DNA of 64,000 nucleotides, from positions 1 to 64,000 of the forward strand of contig DF237080.1 in assembly GCA_000708835.1 (NCBI GenBank), written 5' to 3'. Below the pieces are notes generated by a model. The model searched no databases. It had not been told where the DNA came from and was given only the letters and a program-made list of their open reading frames with translations. Shown one piece after another: positions 13,501 through 25,613 of this stretch (positions are counted from its first letter, which is position 1; every line of letters starts with the position of its first letter). The translations under genes were made by a program, and so were the position numbers. The DNA is from Klebsormidium nitens. Taxonomy: Eukaryota > Plantae > Klebsormidiophyceae.

Positions 13501-16500
13501 ATACCTTCCGCTCAAAGCAGAACAGGATATCAGAAAGTCTCTCACTTCTGAAATTCCACCCTCGACGAAGCAGCATTGGCGCCGCACTTTACGGTCGACC
13601 GTTGGACCCCTTGTCTACCTGCGTTCCTCAACAGTGTTCTCAACTGCTTTTTCTCTTCCCCAGGGCGCTATCACGTGTCTGGCCCTTAGCGTCGACGGTC
13701 AGCACTTGGCCACCGGATCGGACGACGGCACAATTTTCTTCTTCCAAGCGGCTGAATCAGGCTGGAATCCTGTGGGGTAAGTCGTCGAGAACTCTTAGAT
13801 GTGAACGGTTCTCACAGATCTGGGGTCCCACGGTGTCAGTCTTGTACCGACCGCAGCGGATGTCTTTGTTCTGTAGTTTACGTGCAATCCTCATCGGCAG
13901 CCTCTATCTCCAGATAGACAAGTCTTCGGTGGTAACGGAGACAGGCTTAAAAAACAATGCTTAGCTGATGAGACTCCGGCCGCAACAAAAATAGAAACCA
14001 ACTCATTTTCCAATTTGAGTGTGAAGTCGATAAGATGCTGACAGCAGTCCTTTGCCAGGTATTTCGTGGCCCCTGGACCCGTCAGCTGCGCCACGTGGCA
14101 CGCGGACAGCCAGCGGCTTCTCGTCGGCTGCCGAAGCGGACACATCTCCGAAGTGACGAGACCTGGTTAGCGATCTGACCTCCTTGTTTCCTCTCTAATA
14201 GATAAGATCTCCGTGATTGAGAATCATGCTGTGATACCAAGAAAGTCCTCACGATTGGGAGGACTTCTCGGGTTTGTAAGGCTGAAGAGTTCACGGGTAA
14301 AAAGCGTGAGAAAGCTCTTAGAGGACGGAACTATGGGATGCTTTCATCGTCTTTCATAAAAGAAGCTCAGAGCATTCGACAGGACACTGTTTCCCCAAAG
14401 TATTTCACATCGTGACGTTTCGAGGTCAGCTGAATCTCGTAGCTCTTTTGCACCTGCTCTAGATCCTCTTATGTCCTCTTCAAGAGCTACTTGAACAATC
14501 AGATGTGAAGATAAACCCCGTCAAAAACGCCTCGAAGCAGATTATAAACGCATTCGTTCACGAAATGTGTTTTCGCTTAGTGCTTACAAAGGTTCCCTCT
14601 CCGCAGTTGGTAACGAAGACACCAGCAGAACCCTATCTCTGGACCTTCCCTCCACCACATTCAACTTTCTGGCGGCTCAACAAGCCGCGGCCGCCCGTGC
14701 CGCGGCCGCGGAGCGCGAGGCGGCCGCGAAGAAGCGCGCGGAGGAAAACCCCGACGGTCTCGCACTTGACGAAGAGCCTGCGCCGCCGGCCCCCCCCTCA
14801 CAGTCAGTGCCAGAGGACCCCCCCGCCGTGGGAGCGCTTTTGCGCCACGAGAAGAACCCTAATTTCTTCTACGTATCTTTCCGGGGGGAGAAGCATCCCG
14901 GCATGTACGTGTGTAACTTTTCGGGGGGGGAGATCGTCGAGCGAAAGTTGCTGGAGGCCGGGGGGCTGCGCGGGGTCAGCGTCTCGCGCGGTGGGCAGTT
15001 TTTGGCGGTTGGGGGCGAGGAGGGGAAAGTGAGGGTCCAGCCTTGGGGGAGCCCAGAGCGCGCGCGCGCGCAGGGCTGGCAAAGCCCCGCGCAAGACGGC
15101 GCGTGCCTGGCGGCCGCGAGCTTCGACGACGCGTTCCTGCTCAGCGGCGGCGCGAGCGGCGTGCTGCTGGTCCACCGGCTGAGCCTCGACGGGGTCGCCG
15201 AGCGGAGCTCCGTCCCCGACAGCGTTCCGGCGGAATCCTCGGGGCAGGAGCCGGCGGACATCACCGAGGAGAGCGCGTACAGTCTGGAGGACGCGAAGCA
15301 GAAGGAGGAGGCGGACAAGCTCCGCGCGGCCGCGCTGCGGCGGCAGATGAGCGTCAAGGAACAGCTGGCGGAAATCCGGCAGGAGCTCCGGGAGGAGATC
15401 GAGCGGAACCGGAACCTGCCCCCCGGACAGAGAGTTGCCCCGGAGGAGATGGAAGTGGATCCTGGGCTGCGAAGGTGAGGGAACGGGCGGCTCCGATTTC
15501 AGAAACCGACCTCCGATTCCGTACCAGACTTTTTCCTACACCTGGCTCTTCAGACGGGTAGCGGCATTCCTTCTTGGAGTTCGTTCTCAACTCAAATCAA
15601 CGCAGAGTCCTTTATTAAAAGAACTGCGGAGAGATTTTGCAATATCGAAGCTCCTTGAAAATCAAAGTATGGCCCACGAAGTTGTTGTCCTCTCCTCGCA
15701 GTATGATGGCCGCCGAGGTGGAGTCCCACGTGGCGCTCGCGCACCGGGAGCTAGAGTGGGAGACGGAGAAGGCGAACGTGGCGCTGGCGAAACTCCGGCG
15801 GCATTTCCTGGAACCTCTCGAGGTGAGACAATCGAGCGCTTCTATTGGACGAGTCCGGGATAGGTTGGTCTACAATCGAATTCCAGGCTGGTCTAGAATC
15901 GAATCCCCATAACCTCCGAATCCTCAATATTGTGAACTTGAGTACCTCGTCTGGTCTCTTCTTGCCCTGAATACCTTAAGATAGGTTCGATTCAATCAAT
16001 CGTGAGCTGATTTGAAGCTGCGAGCAAAGGGTGAAGAGACAGCGTCTTCCTTAGACTATCTGCCGGGTTATTTCCCATAATCTAGTGGCAAGATGGTCTT
16101 CTGAGCGGTTGGCTACGAGGAGTTTCAGTACTATTGTCGGAAGACAAAATCGTCGTCTTCTAAGCTTTGTGTTCCAACTTTTAACCGGTTCGTATTCTAT
16201 TATTGATCGATTCAAAATCGCGCGTGTGAGATCGCATCCTGTTTTTGTGCCACCTCAATCGAATCATCCATTTGTTTCCGCTGGTCGCTCACGGCGACTA
16301 CATTTCCCCTGTTCCTCAGACGGAGCGCATCGTCGTAGACGCTCTCTCCTCCGGCCGCCACGTGTCCACATTCCAGACCCTCCGCCTGAATGCCGACGTG
16401 CAAGCCGCGATCGCGGCTTTAGACGCGTCCGAGATGTTGCGGCGACAGCCCAGCATGATGACTCCGGGGAGCCGTCGCCGCACGCGGGAAGCCCAGGGGA

Positions 16501-19500
16501 TCCCTTCGCCGAGCTACCCCAATACGCCGTCCCCCCATCTAAACCACTCCGGGGAAAGCATCCGGGAAGTGCGCGAGGAGAGCGCGGCCGCGAAGCAGGC
16601 GCAGCGCAAGAAGCTGCGCGAGATGCGCGAGGTGCGCGAGCAGCAGTGGGCGGTGTTCAACAAGACGCGGCCGGACCCGGTGAGAAAATTTAGAGAGCTG
16701 AATACAGACGTGATGTCATAGCTGAATACAGACGTGATGTCATAGCAATTGTTGCGTCCCTCCGGTCTTGAAAAGATTGACAGATGTATGGAGAGCCTGC
16801 CAAATGAAAAACGAATCAGAGGGTTTTAACGGCGTGCTTGACAAGAGGTCTTAGCCTCATCAAGATTGCAAACATTCTTAAGATTGGATAATGCCGAGCG
16901 GTTTCAAATTGAGCGGAGAGAATGAAGCGCAAATCATAATCATAGCACGTACAGCGAAGACGCGAGATCCTGAATACGAGAAGCCGTAGACTTGGCCGCG
17001 ATTGAGACCGGAGTGATCACGCTCGCATATGGAAACCGGAGTGGGCCTACAACTTTAACTGGACATTTCCTTACGATTCCACCTCCATTCTTTGCAAGCC
17101 TGCGAGACCCTCAAGGCCCTTGCTCCGAACCAGATTACGCTCCCATATGCAAACAAGAACGAGTCAAAAGTCCTGGTAAATGCATCTACACAATACTACC
17201 TCCGGCGTACGCATTAGGAGAACCCGGCGCGATCCAGGCGGGGTGGGACTCGCTAGACTGTGCGAACAAGAACCTTTCAAATATTCAACGAGCGAAACAT
17301 CCAAAAACATTGGCTCTCTATGCGCAGGCATACGAGGACCCCACAGACCTGGCGGCGATCCAGGCGGGGTGGGAAAAGCTGGAGTATGCGAACTAGAATG
17401 GGAATGGTTTTTGAGTTTATTGTGTCTGATATGCGCAGGCGTACGAGAACCCGGCGGACCTGGCGGCGATCCAGGCTGGGTGGGACACGCTGGGCGACTT
17501 CAAGCTCAAGTCCGATCCGGAGTACATCGTTCCGGAGGCGCAGCGAATCGACGCCGGAAAGAAGCACGCCCAGATGCTGCGCCTCACGGAGGCCATGCAC
17601 CGCCACACGCGCGCGTTCAACCTGCAGGTGCTCAACCTGCGCACGCGTAGGGAGGGCGCGCGGGGCGCGCTCGAGGCGGACGTCGAGCGCGTGCGCGCGA
17701 TCAACAAGCTCCTGGGGTAGGAAACAAACGCGCGTTGTTCTTTTCATGTTTTAAAATCGTCGAACGCGAGTCGGGAGCTTTGATGCGGAGACACTAAGCA
17801 AGCGTCCGTTTCTTTCATGATTCTTATATGCCCACGTGCTTATCTTCTCAGTCATACTCGTTGAAAAGAAAAGCACTTGAAAGAGGCGCCTGATGCCATG
17901 GAAGCTGAAAATGGATCCATGGGTTTCAAGCCGCCCACGTTCAGCGCTCGGAGACCCCCATAGTGGGCATCTCGCTGAAGCCCACCTAAGCATCAAACCT
18001 GATTCAAGATCAATCTGTCTGGAACAATCACAACCAAGAGATTTTAATTCATCACGGCAGACACGCAGTTGAGTACTATTCGACATGTCCAAATAATCCA
18101 GGACAATGCCAGATCGACCAACACGGCTGATTTGGTTGCAGGCTGGAGGAGCCTCCGCTCTTCGAGTGGCACAGCAACGCGCGCGAGCGGCCGGAGGCGC
18201 GCGAGGAGGTGGGCGAGCGCGAGCTCGCGGAGTTCCGCAAGCAGCAAAGACAGGCCGCGCGCGACGCGAAGGTACGCGGCGCGAGCGCGCGCGTTCTGGA
18301 AGTTGCTGTTGATCCGTTTTAGCGGAACTTCTGTTTCAGCGTGTAGCAGCTGATAGGGGAACATTGACACCGCAGCTTTGCATTTCAAGTTCTCCCCAGT
18401 AAGTATGGTTCTGCTAATCTTCTATCTCCTGAGGTGATTTCAAGAAACGGTATGCTCAACTAACAAAGACTCCTCACTTCTTAAATGTCGCTGGCGCTTT
18501 CGTTTCATCTCCGCACTTGCACTTTGCGTGCTTTGCAATGAAATTTATCTGCGAAAATTTTCACCCCACTGGTCCTTTGATGAGCACGGCCTAATCAAAC
18601 TTTATTTCTGTGATGGTCGACTTGATACGGATGACTGGGTAGACTTTGATGCCGTGAGAAGCTCCAGCGTTTCGCCCTGTCGTACGTTTCTCCAATGTCT
18701 GGCTCTGTTACAAAAATAATTGTCAGGCATCCGCTAACGAGTCCGCCTTGCCTGATTCCCCAATTTTCTCATGCCGGGTACGTCATCGGATTACGTCATC
18801 TCACACCAAGTGGATCCCTTCTCTTTGCAGAACCAGGGCGGTAAAGGCCTCGGAGGCTTCGGCGGACAGGCGGCCTCGTCGCCCGAAGCCGACGCCGAAG
18901 AAGAGCCCGGGGTTCTTTCCCCGACCACTTTGAACACCGCGGAGCACGGCCCGGGGACCAAAGCCGGGTCCTCGGGGAAAGAGAACACGCCCCGGCGGGG
19001 GAAGAAGGGACGGGAGTACCGAAAGTCGGACCTTGAGGTAATGATCTCACTGCCTTTTGAAGTGCTGGCTGATTGATTATGGAAAAAGAGAACACGCACA
19101 TCCTGGTGCATTCATTTCTTGCTTATCAGCCGACGACCATTTCTGTTGCGTTTTTGTGACGGGTAGCCTCGCTTTGTCAAGTTGTGTCAGCTCTTCTGAT
19201 GTATTGCTTCGTTACTAACTCACTTACAATCAAATCGGAAGAGAGAGAGCTCTCTGGCCTAGGAACTACCACTGTTCAATAGTGCCCGTCTTAAGCCTAC
19301 GTTCAAGCAGCAAGAAGCTACCGAACGGCAGCAAGAAAGCACCACATACTCCGCCGTATACACTCTTTGAAGCGTTGACCCTGCTTTATCTTCGAATAGC
19401 AACATGTTGGTTTGCATAAGTCTTTGGCTTAAACCTCTGCGGCTCGCGCGGCAAGACGCTGCGGAAACGAGGCTGTCTTTCCAATACAATTTTAACTGAA

Positions 19501-22500
19501 AGATAAAAACAGCTTTTTCAAACCCTTCCTTAAACCCCGGCAGATCGCGGAGCAAGACGCGGCCGAGCGGCGGCTGCGCCACGAGAAGGCCGCGCTGGTC
19601 GCGAAGGTCGCGCGCGCGATTGCGGGGTTCGACGCTGACGTGGACCGGCTGCGAACGGAGAAGCTGTCGCTCAAGGCGAAACTTCAGGCCGCGGAGGGGC
19701 GCATGCTCGTGATGCAAAAGGTGACGTCATCTCATCTCCGCGCGCGCACCTTTCGGTCCAAAACATGCTTCTGGCTTGTCGTCTGTCCGGACATAAGTGG
19801 CTCAGTCGGATTCTGCGAGAAAGCCGCGATTCCGAGAGTATGTTTAAGGCTTTGGAGTATGTCGCAGGAGGACTTGTCTCGATTCCATGTTGATTAAGGG
19901 CCATGTTGACTAAGGAGGGCGCCCGGGGGACGGGTAGGGTTAGTTTGGGGGTTAGGGTGGGTACGGGTGCGGAGCGTGTTGAGTTTGGGTTTAGGTTTTG
20001 AGTTTTGTTCTGTCCCGAGCACTGTCCTTAGTCAACATGCTCTTAGTCAACATGAAATCGAAAAGTATGTCAAGAGGGCATTACGAACTATAAGCTAGTT
20101 GAATCCCGCCAGATTGCCAGCCAACCACTGAATGTCGTGACATCGTCTTCAGGAGCTGGATCTGCTGAAGGAGTTTGAGAAGAAGGACCATATGCTCAAC
20201 AGCAAGAGCGCCGCGAAGAAGGCAGAGCAAGAAGAACTCGGGGTGAGTTACAGACGCCTCGTGGACTCATTTTCCTGAAGCATGAGCAGTCTATGCTTAA
20301 CAGTCTCCATCTCATGTCCTAGAAACGGTATTTTATGATGTACTAGGGCTTTTTACCTGCAATCTTGTTCTTGATTCCCAAGGTCGTGCCGGGTTTTTGC
20401 ATCATGGTTTTGAGTCTAGCTGGCTTATGAGTGGGCGGACGTTCGGAAACGCTTTCTACACATCACCGGGACCAGAATTTGAACCGCTGTCCAAGTTGCA
20501 ACCGTCTGAAACCTAAATTCTCAGCACCCGACACTGCCGCAATCCTTGATAGGCTCACAGGATTGACACCTTGACGCCTTTCATGCCACGTGTCCTGCAG
20601 AAAAAGGCCGACGAGCTGGACGAAAAGCTGGAAGCCAAGCAAGCGGAGCTTTCCGCCGGAGCGGCGGCCAAGGCGGAGCTCCTGGCGGAATTCGACCGGT
20701 TGGTGGACCCGGGGCATTCACACCGGGAGGCGCTGCTGAAGGTTTACAATAAGAAGGTTAAGCGGGTCAAGAAGAAGGAGAATAACCGGGGCGCGGACGA
20801 AGATGAAGATGAGAGCGACGAGGAAGAAAGCGATGACGAGGATTTGGATGACGATGAGGTGAGGGGCTTCGCGGGGTTGTGGGCTGGGGTTTGAATTGGA
20901 AAATTTTGGTTTGCGATTTCGAGAGTGGGATTTGGAGTTTGAAATCCTGGGGTTTGAGGGCTGTCGTTCAGAGTTTGGTCCTGTCTGACCTTGGCGCGGT
21001 AATTTCGGGTGTGCCAAAATCCCTTTTCTTTCAATCTTGGCTTAGAAATTGACTGTAGAATCTCAAAGACGGACTCCCTACTTTGGTAGAAACGCCCGAA
21101 GGCTCACGGCAAACCAGGTTCTCGCAAAAGTAACGAAAATTTATTGATTTCTCTCGAAGTGTCTCCCATTCGGATCCATGTTAATGGCCCAAGCGCTGTG
21201 AGAGAGGGTTAGCCGCGGATCCTTTGTTAAACGGTCTCCACTGGTTTACTGACGCCATTTCCACCTATGTGAACCAGGAGGGCGACACGTGTCCTGCTGG
21301 TTGCGAGCGCGCGACCTTCGACAACGTGTGCCAGCTGCGCGAGAAGAAGCTCGATCAGGATGACCTCATCGCTGACGTCACCAAGGCCATGGAAGGTGCG
21401 CGAGACGTCAAGTGACTTGATCACCTGAGTAGACGATAGAGTGCGATTGGATCTCCACGAGAAGCTCCATCTGACGCAGTTGCTCTGTTAATGTACGCTT
21501 CCGCGGTTTGAAAGGAGTTGCAAAGGCTATGCAATCATACAAACTTTAGGAGCGGGGATACATGTGAGATATGTAATTCCATCTGACAATCAGGTTTACT
21601 TCAGGTATAGCCTGAGTTGCTACGTTTGTATCTTTGAAGCAAACCCAGCACTAGAGTCTTATTGTAGAACTGCCAGCCGAAATAAGCGATCGGCGCAGAC
21701 TAAGTTGCTACTTTTGCGTCTCAATGTACAGCCAAAGAATGTCCTCAAGCCAAACATATCCTGACCCCCGAGATTTCAAACCCCAACTCCTAAACTTAAA
21801 CCCCATCCCCTAGACCTTAAACCCCAACTCCCAAACCTTCAACCCCAACTCCTAAACCTTAAACCCCAACTCCCAAACCTTCAACCCCAACTCCTAAACC
21901 TTAAAACCCCAACTCCCAAACCTTAAACCCCAACTCCTAAACCTCAAACCCCGCTTTTCGCCGCCGCAGCGCTGAAGCGCGAGCAGGACGCGCTGGCCAA
22001 AAAGCTCAAGACGGTGGAGGCCGCGATGAAGGCCGTCGAAAAGGAGATGGACGACTTCCAAAAAGAGAAGCAGGGCGCGCTCAACCAGATCGACGTCGCG
22101 CTCACGCTCAGCCTGCACCAGGTAACCCTTAGCATTTGTCGTCGAACAAGCCAAATTCTTGTTGGAAGTGGTCGTTTATGAGAGTGGATTAGAGTAACGA
22201 CGAACTTGTGGGCGTCACAAATGATGGTAGGGATCGAAGCGCATGGCGATCTAAGTGTTTGGGGAATAATATGACAAATTGGCTTTGTTGTCATAAGACC
22301 ACGAGCCTTTTGACCGCCCTATGTCATGTTCAACCGCAGATGAGCAGAGACAAGATAAGATTTGGGATCATCGTTTCTGTCGCTCATAGCGAAGCAAACT
22401 TCGCTCGAAAGGAAATATGTACTGGATTAGAGACACGGACAGATTTGAGACTGGCGTGCAACTTCGGCGCTGTTCCTAAAGTTTCCATTTGTGCCTTTAT

Positions 22501-24713
22501 TACAGATCCAGCACCTCTCCTCCGAGGGCCGTCTCCCGGACGACCTCTCCTCGTCGCTCGTGTTCTCGAACGGCGCGCTCGCGCGCCTGGGCGCGCGCGT
22601 GCGCGAGCTGGGCGACGAGAAGAGCGCGCTGCGGCTCGCGCAGCGCGACTTGCACCGGCAGCACTTGGGGCTGCATAAGCAGAAGAAGGAGAAGGAGAAA
22701 AAGATCGCGGAGCTGCAACAGCGGGCTGTGGACGTCCAAATGCTCAAGTTTGGCCAGGTGGGTTGGTGCTTTCTGACAGGAAAGTTACAAGGTCTACTTG
22801 GAGATCGAAAGTCCATTTGGAAGGAAACGGAAACAGAAGAAGCTGGAATTTGGAACTAGTTTTTCAACGCGAGTTGGAGAAGGAGAAGAAGTTGCGGAAC
22901 TGCAAACAACGAGCGGTCAACGTCCAGATGCTGAGATTTGGCCAGGTGAGTGTCTTTGCTGCTACTGGGAGACGCTAAAGATGTTCGTTTGGAAATAACA
23001 GTCCACTTCGAAGGGAGACGTATCAGAACCAGGAAAGGAAGCTGGACACAGCCTACTTTGTTTTGGAGAGTTGAAAATTGCGGAGTGGCAACAGCGGGCG
23101 GTGGACTTCCAGATGCTCAAGATCGAACAGGTGGGTTCCTGGTTGCTTAGTAAGGGTCTCCCAGGGTGTCTGTCAAGGTCGCAGAATACTCTCCGTGAAT
23201 TGAGGAGGCGCTAGATCCGACCTACTTCTATCCGTGAAATGGAGGAAACGAACGAGAGTATCGAGCTGCAGCCGTGGAGATGGACATTCCGAGTTTAAAC
23301 TGTTTTGTAAGGAGATTACGGGGGAAATTCCGGAACCGGAGCGACTTTGTTCAGAATTTGGCAGTCTGAAAAGCCAGCCTTTTCAGTCCCTCTCAATCAA
23401 GCATCTTCCCCCCACTCCCAACCTCGCGCAGTGTACTTCTCGCACCTATTTGATCCCGTGCAACTTCAGTCCAGCAGCCGGTAACGCCAGTCCGCAAGCA
23501 TCAGCAGAAGCGGGATGATCGCTGAGCCGAAAATGCGGGCGCAGGTGATCGACCTGAAGTTGCTGGAGGCGGTGGGCGACAGCGCGGGCGCGGAGGAGCT
23601 GCGCGCGTCTCTCGCCGAGCAGGAGCGCGTGCACGCGCGCGAGCTAGGCGAGTGGAAGCGTGCGATCGACCGCGCGACGGACGTGCTGGCTGGTGAGGGG
23701 ATCTTGAGTTCCTTAAACGGAGAAGCGTCAGAATGCTCCAATTGAGTTGCCGTTTGGCGTTGGAAAGACTGAACATCAAATATCTGAAGTGTTGTGAGAA
23801 GTTTCAAAGGGCGTCCTGCGAGATGAGGAGGTCGAGGGGTCTACATTTTCAAGGATGATGGGTTTTGACGTCGGACAAGATTGTAAGACTGTCCTATCTG
23901 ATAGGGCGCTGAGTCTAAATACAAGACCTGGGATCTGACGTGTGGTGAGAAGGCGCAAAGGCCGTTTTGCAAAAAGCGGAGGTTGAGGGGTCTACGTTTC
24001 CCCAGTGAATGATGTGCTGAAAGTTGAAAAGGTTTCTAAGACTATCTCATCCGGTCATGTGTTTCCAAATGACGCAGTTGTGCCATACCCGCCCTCTAAT
24101 GCGCGCAATCTTACCTTACAGACGTGACTGCGGAGAACACGGCGTGCCTGAACCGGGCGGCCGAGTTGGGCGAGCAGCACCAGCGGCTGGAGCAGGGGCT
24201 GGTCGCCACGCAACACTCGGTGCTGGCTGATGCCGTGTCCATGAAACGCAAAGAAGCGGAGGAGCGAGACAAGATGGTGCAGGTCGGGCGCCTTGCTTTC
24301 CCTCCATTGTTCCTAGATGGTAATAGGAATTTGCACGGTGTTTCACCCTCGTTCTCGGCCATCAAACGAGCTAGGACTCGGTCTGATTATTGATCTTTTG
24401 ACTCCGTAAGAGGGACAACACGAGAAGGGCGATGTCGAGAGCCAATGCAAAAGTCCGCAACGAAGACAACTATCTTTTTGATTGGTTTGATACGCTTTGC
24501 TCTTACGTAAGCTCTGAGTTGATAAGAAAACTGCATTAAGCACGACTCTCTGGTCTTGACCTGACCATCATTATCCGTTAACCCTGTGCTTAACCCATCC
24601 TCGTTGTCAACTTTGTTATGCAGGTGGTAAACGACCAGGCGGGAGAGCTGGAACAGCTGAAGGCTGAGATCCGGGTGCTCAAATCAAAGGGGCCGATCAA
24701 GACGCGAGTGTGA
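7579..24713 (+). CDS. CFAP44: Cilia- and flagella-associated protein 44 (WDR52/FAP44): WD40 beta-propellers plus C-terminal coiled coil, 26 exons, ~1831 aa
   Basis: Phase-consistent GT-AG exons: 7579-8115, 8770-8982, 9551-9676, 10274-10441, 10760-10861, 11301-11558, 11889-12017, 12515-12655, 13159-13350, 13664-13776, 14059-14165, 14607-15474, 15702-15822, 16320-16679, 17439-17716, 18142-18271, 18831-19037, 19544-19720, 20153-20242, 20601-20858, 21278-21395, 21970-22121, 22506-22757, 23545-23692, 24122-24282, 24624-24713 (5496 nt). Family-typical peptides include [66 protein letters not shown] and QMLKFGQ, plus an acidic N-terminus and a coiled-coil tail. Confidence 0.93.
16696..16746 (+). repeat. 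Perfect 24-bp tandem duplication just inside CFAP44 intron 14
   Basis: agctgaatacagacgtgatgtcat x2, followed by agc. Confidence 0.9.
19879..20061. mobile_element. MITE-like element (183 bp) with ~37-bp terminal inverted repeats in CFAP44 intron 18
   Basis: The left end tcgattccatgttgattaagggccatgttgactaagga (19879-19916) is the near reverse complement of tccttagtcaacatgctcttagtcaacatgaaatcga (20025-20061). Each arm consists of two catgttgaytaag units. The interior is G/T-rich and telomere-like. No clear TSD found. Confidence 0.65.
21778..21952 (+). repeat. Telomere-like 21-bp minisatellite, ~8 units (aaaccccaactccyaaacctt)
   Basis: Eight near-identical 21-22 bp units, each made of three degenerate 7-mers resembling CCCTAAA. 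The array ends 17 nt before the exon 22 acceptor. Confidence 0.9.
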
Positions 24714-25613
24714 ATCTACAGATTTCTGACGAGATAGTCATGTGGAAGCAGCTGGCCGGCAGTCGCGCATGTGCAAAGCTCGGAGCAAATGCCGGATCGA
24801 AAGTCTGACAGAGAATCGCTAATCCATTGGAGTAAAGGCAATGAGCTTCTTTAAGGCGTTGGGAGTTACGTACCCTCGCGATACTCATGTCAAGCGAAGG
24901 TGTACTGCCTTACAGCGCGGCCCGCGGCCCACGGCCCACGTCTTATCCCACAATGAGACCGAGAGTGGAACATCGAGCTAGGGCAAACAAAGAATTGTCG
25001 GATATAAGTTTAATGTACGTATTATGAGGCTTGGCCGGTATGCTGTGACGACGTATGATATGCAGATGCGCAAATGAGCTCTGTGACTCTATATAGCGCC
25101 AATGTGATTACTTGCATGGTTCTCGCGAGTTACGAAGGCGCAATGATGACTGGCGCATGCATGCATGCTAGCTATGGATCTAGCTAGTCATGCTATATGA
25201 AGCGTCAATGACGCGAGCTCGTTGCGACCCGCCCTCGCTAGCTGGCGTCATGCAGTGACGCTATCCACGGGCATGGCCTTTGTCCGCGTATATGCCTGAA
25301 CGTTGTAAGTTCCGTTTCTGATTTTCTCAAACTATCACCTCGATCATCTGCAAGGTGACTTAGAGCCAGTCAGCTTCCCAACCCAGTTTGTAGCCCATAA
25401 GTACGGCTAAACGAGTTCAACACGGCTAATCAACAGTTAGTTGGACGAGGGTTCCCTGTCTTACGTACTGAAACTGGATGCTCCTGGTACTGCCAAAATT
25501 ACTGGCAGGCCGTCACGGCCGGACTACAGCATTTAAAATTGAAAACTTCCTCAAAGCAACGAAGAAGTGATATATATGGAGTTCGTCAGGCTACTGTTTA
25601 ATTATGTCCTTTC

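Noticed and set aside
21778-21952. True telomere or chromosome-fusion scar
   Set aside because: It is a degenerate 21-bp higher-order unit inside an intact intron, not a run of canonical telomere repeats.
25140-25325. C/D-box snoRNA (atgatga ... ctga)
   Set aside because: The boxes are too far apart, with no terminal stem and no identifiable guide sequence.
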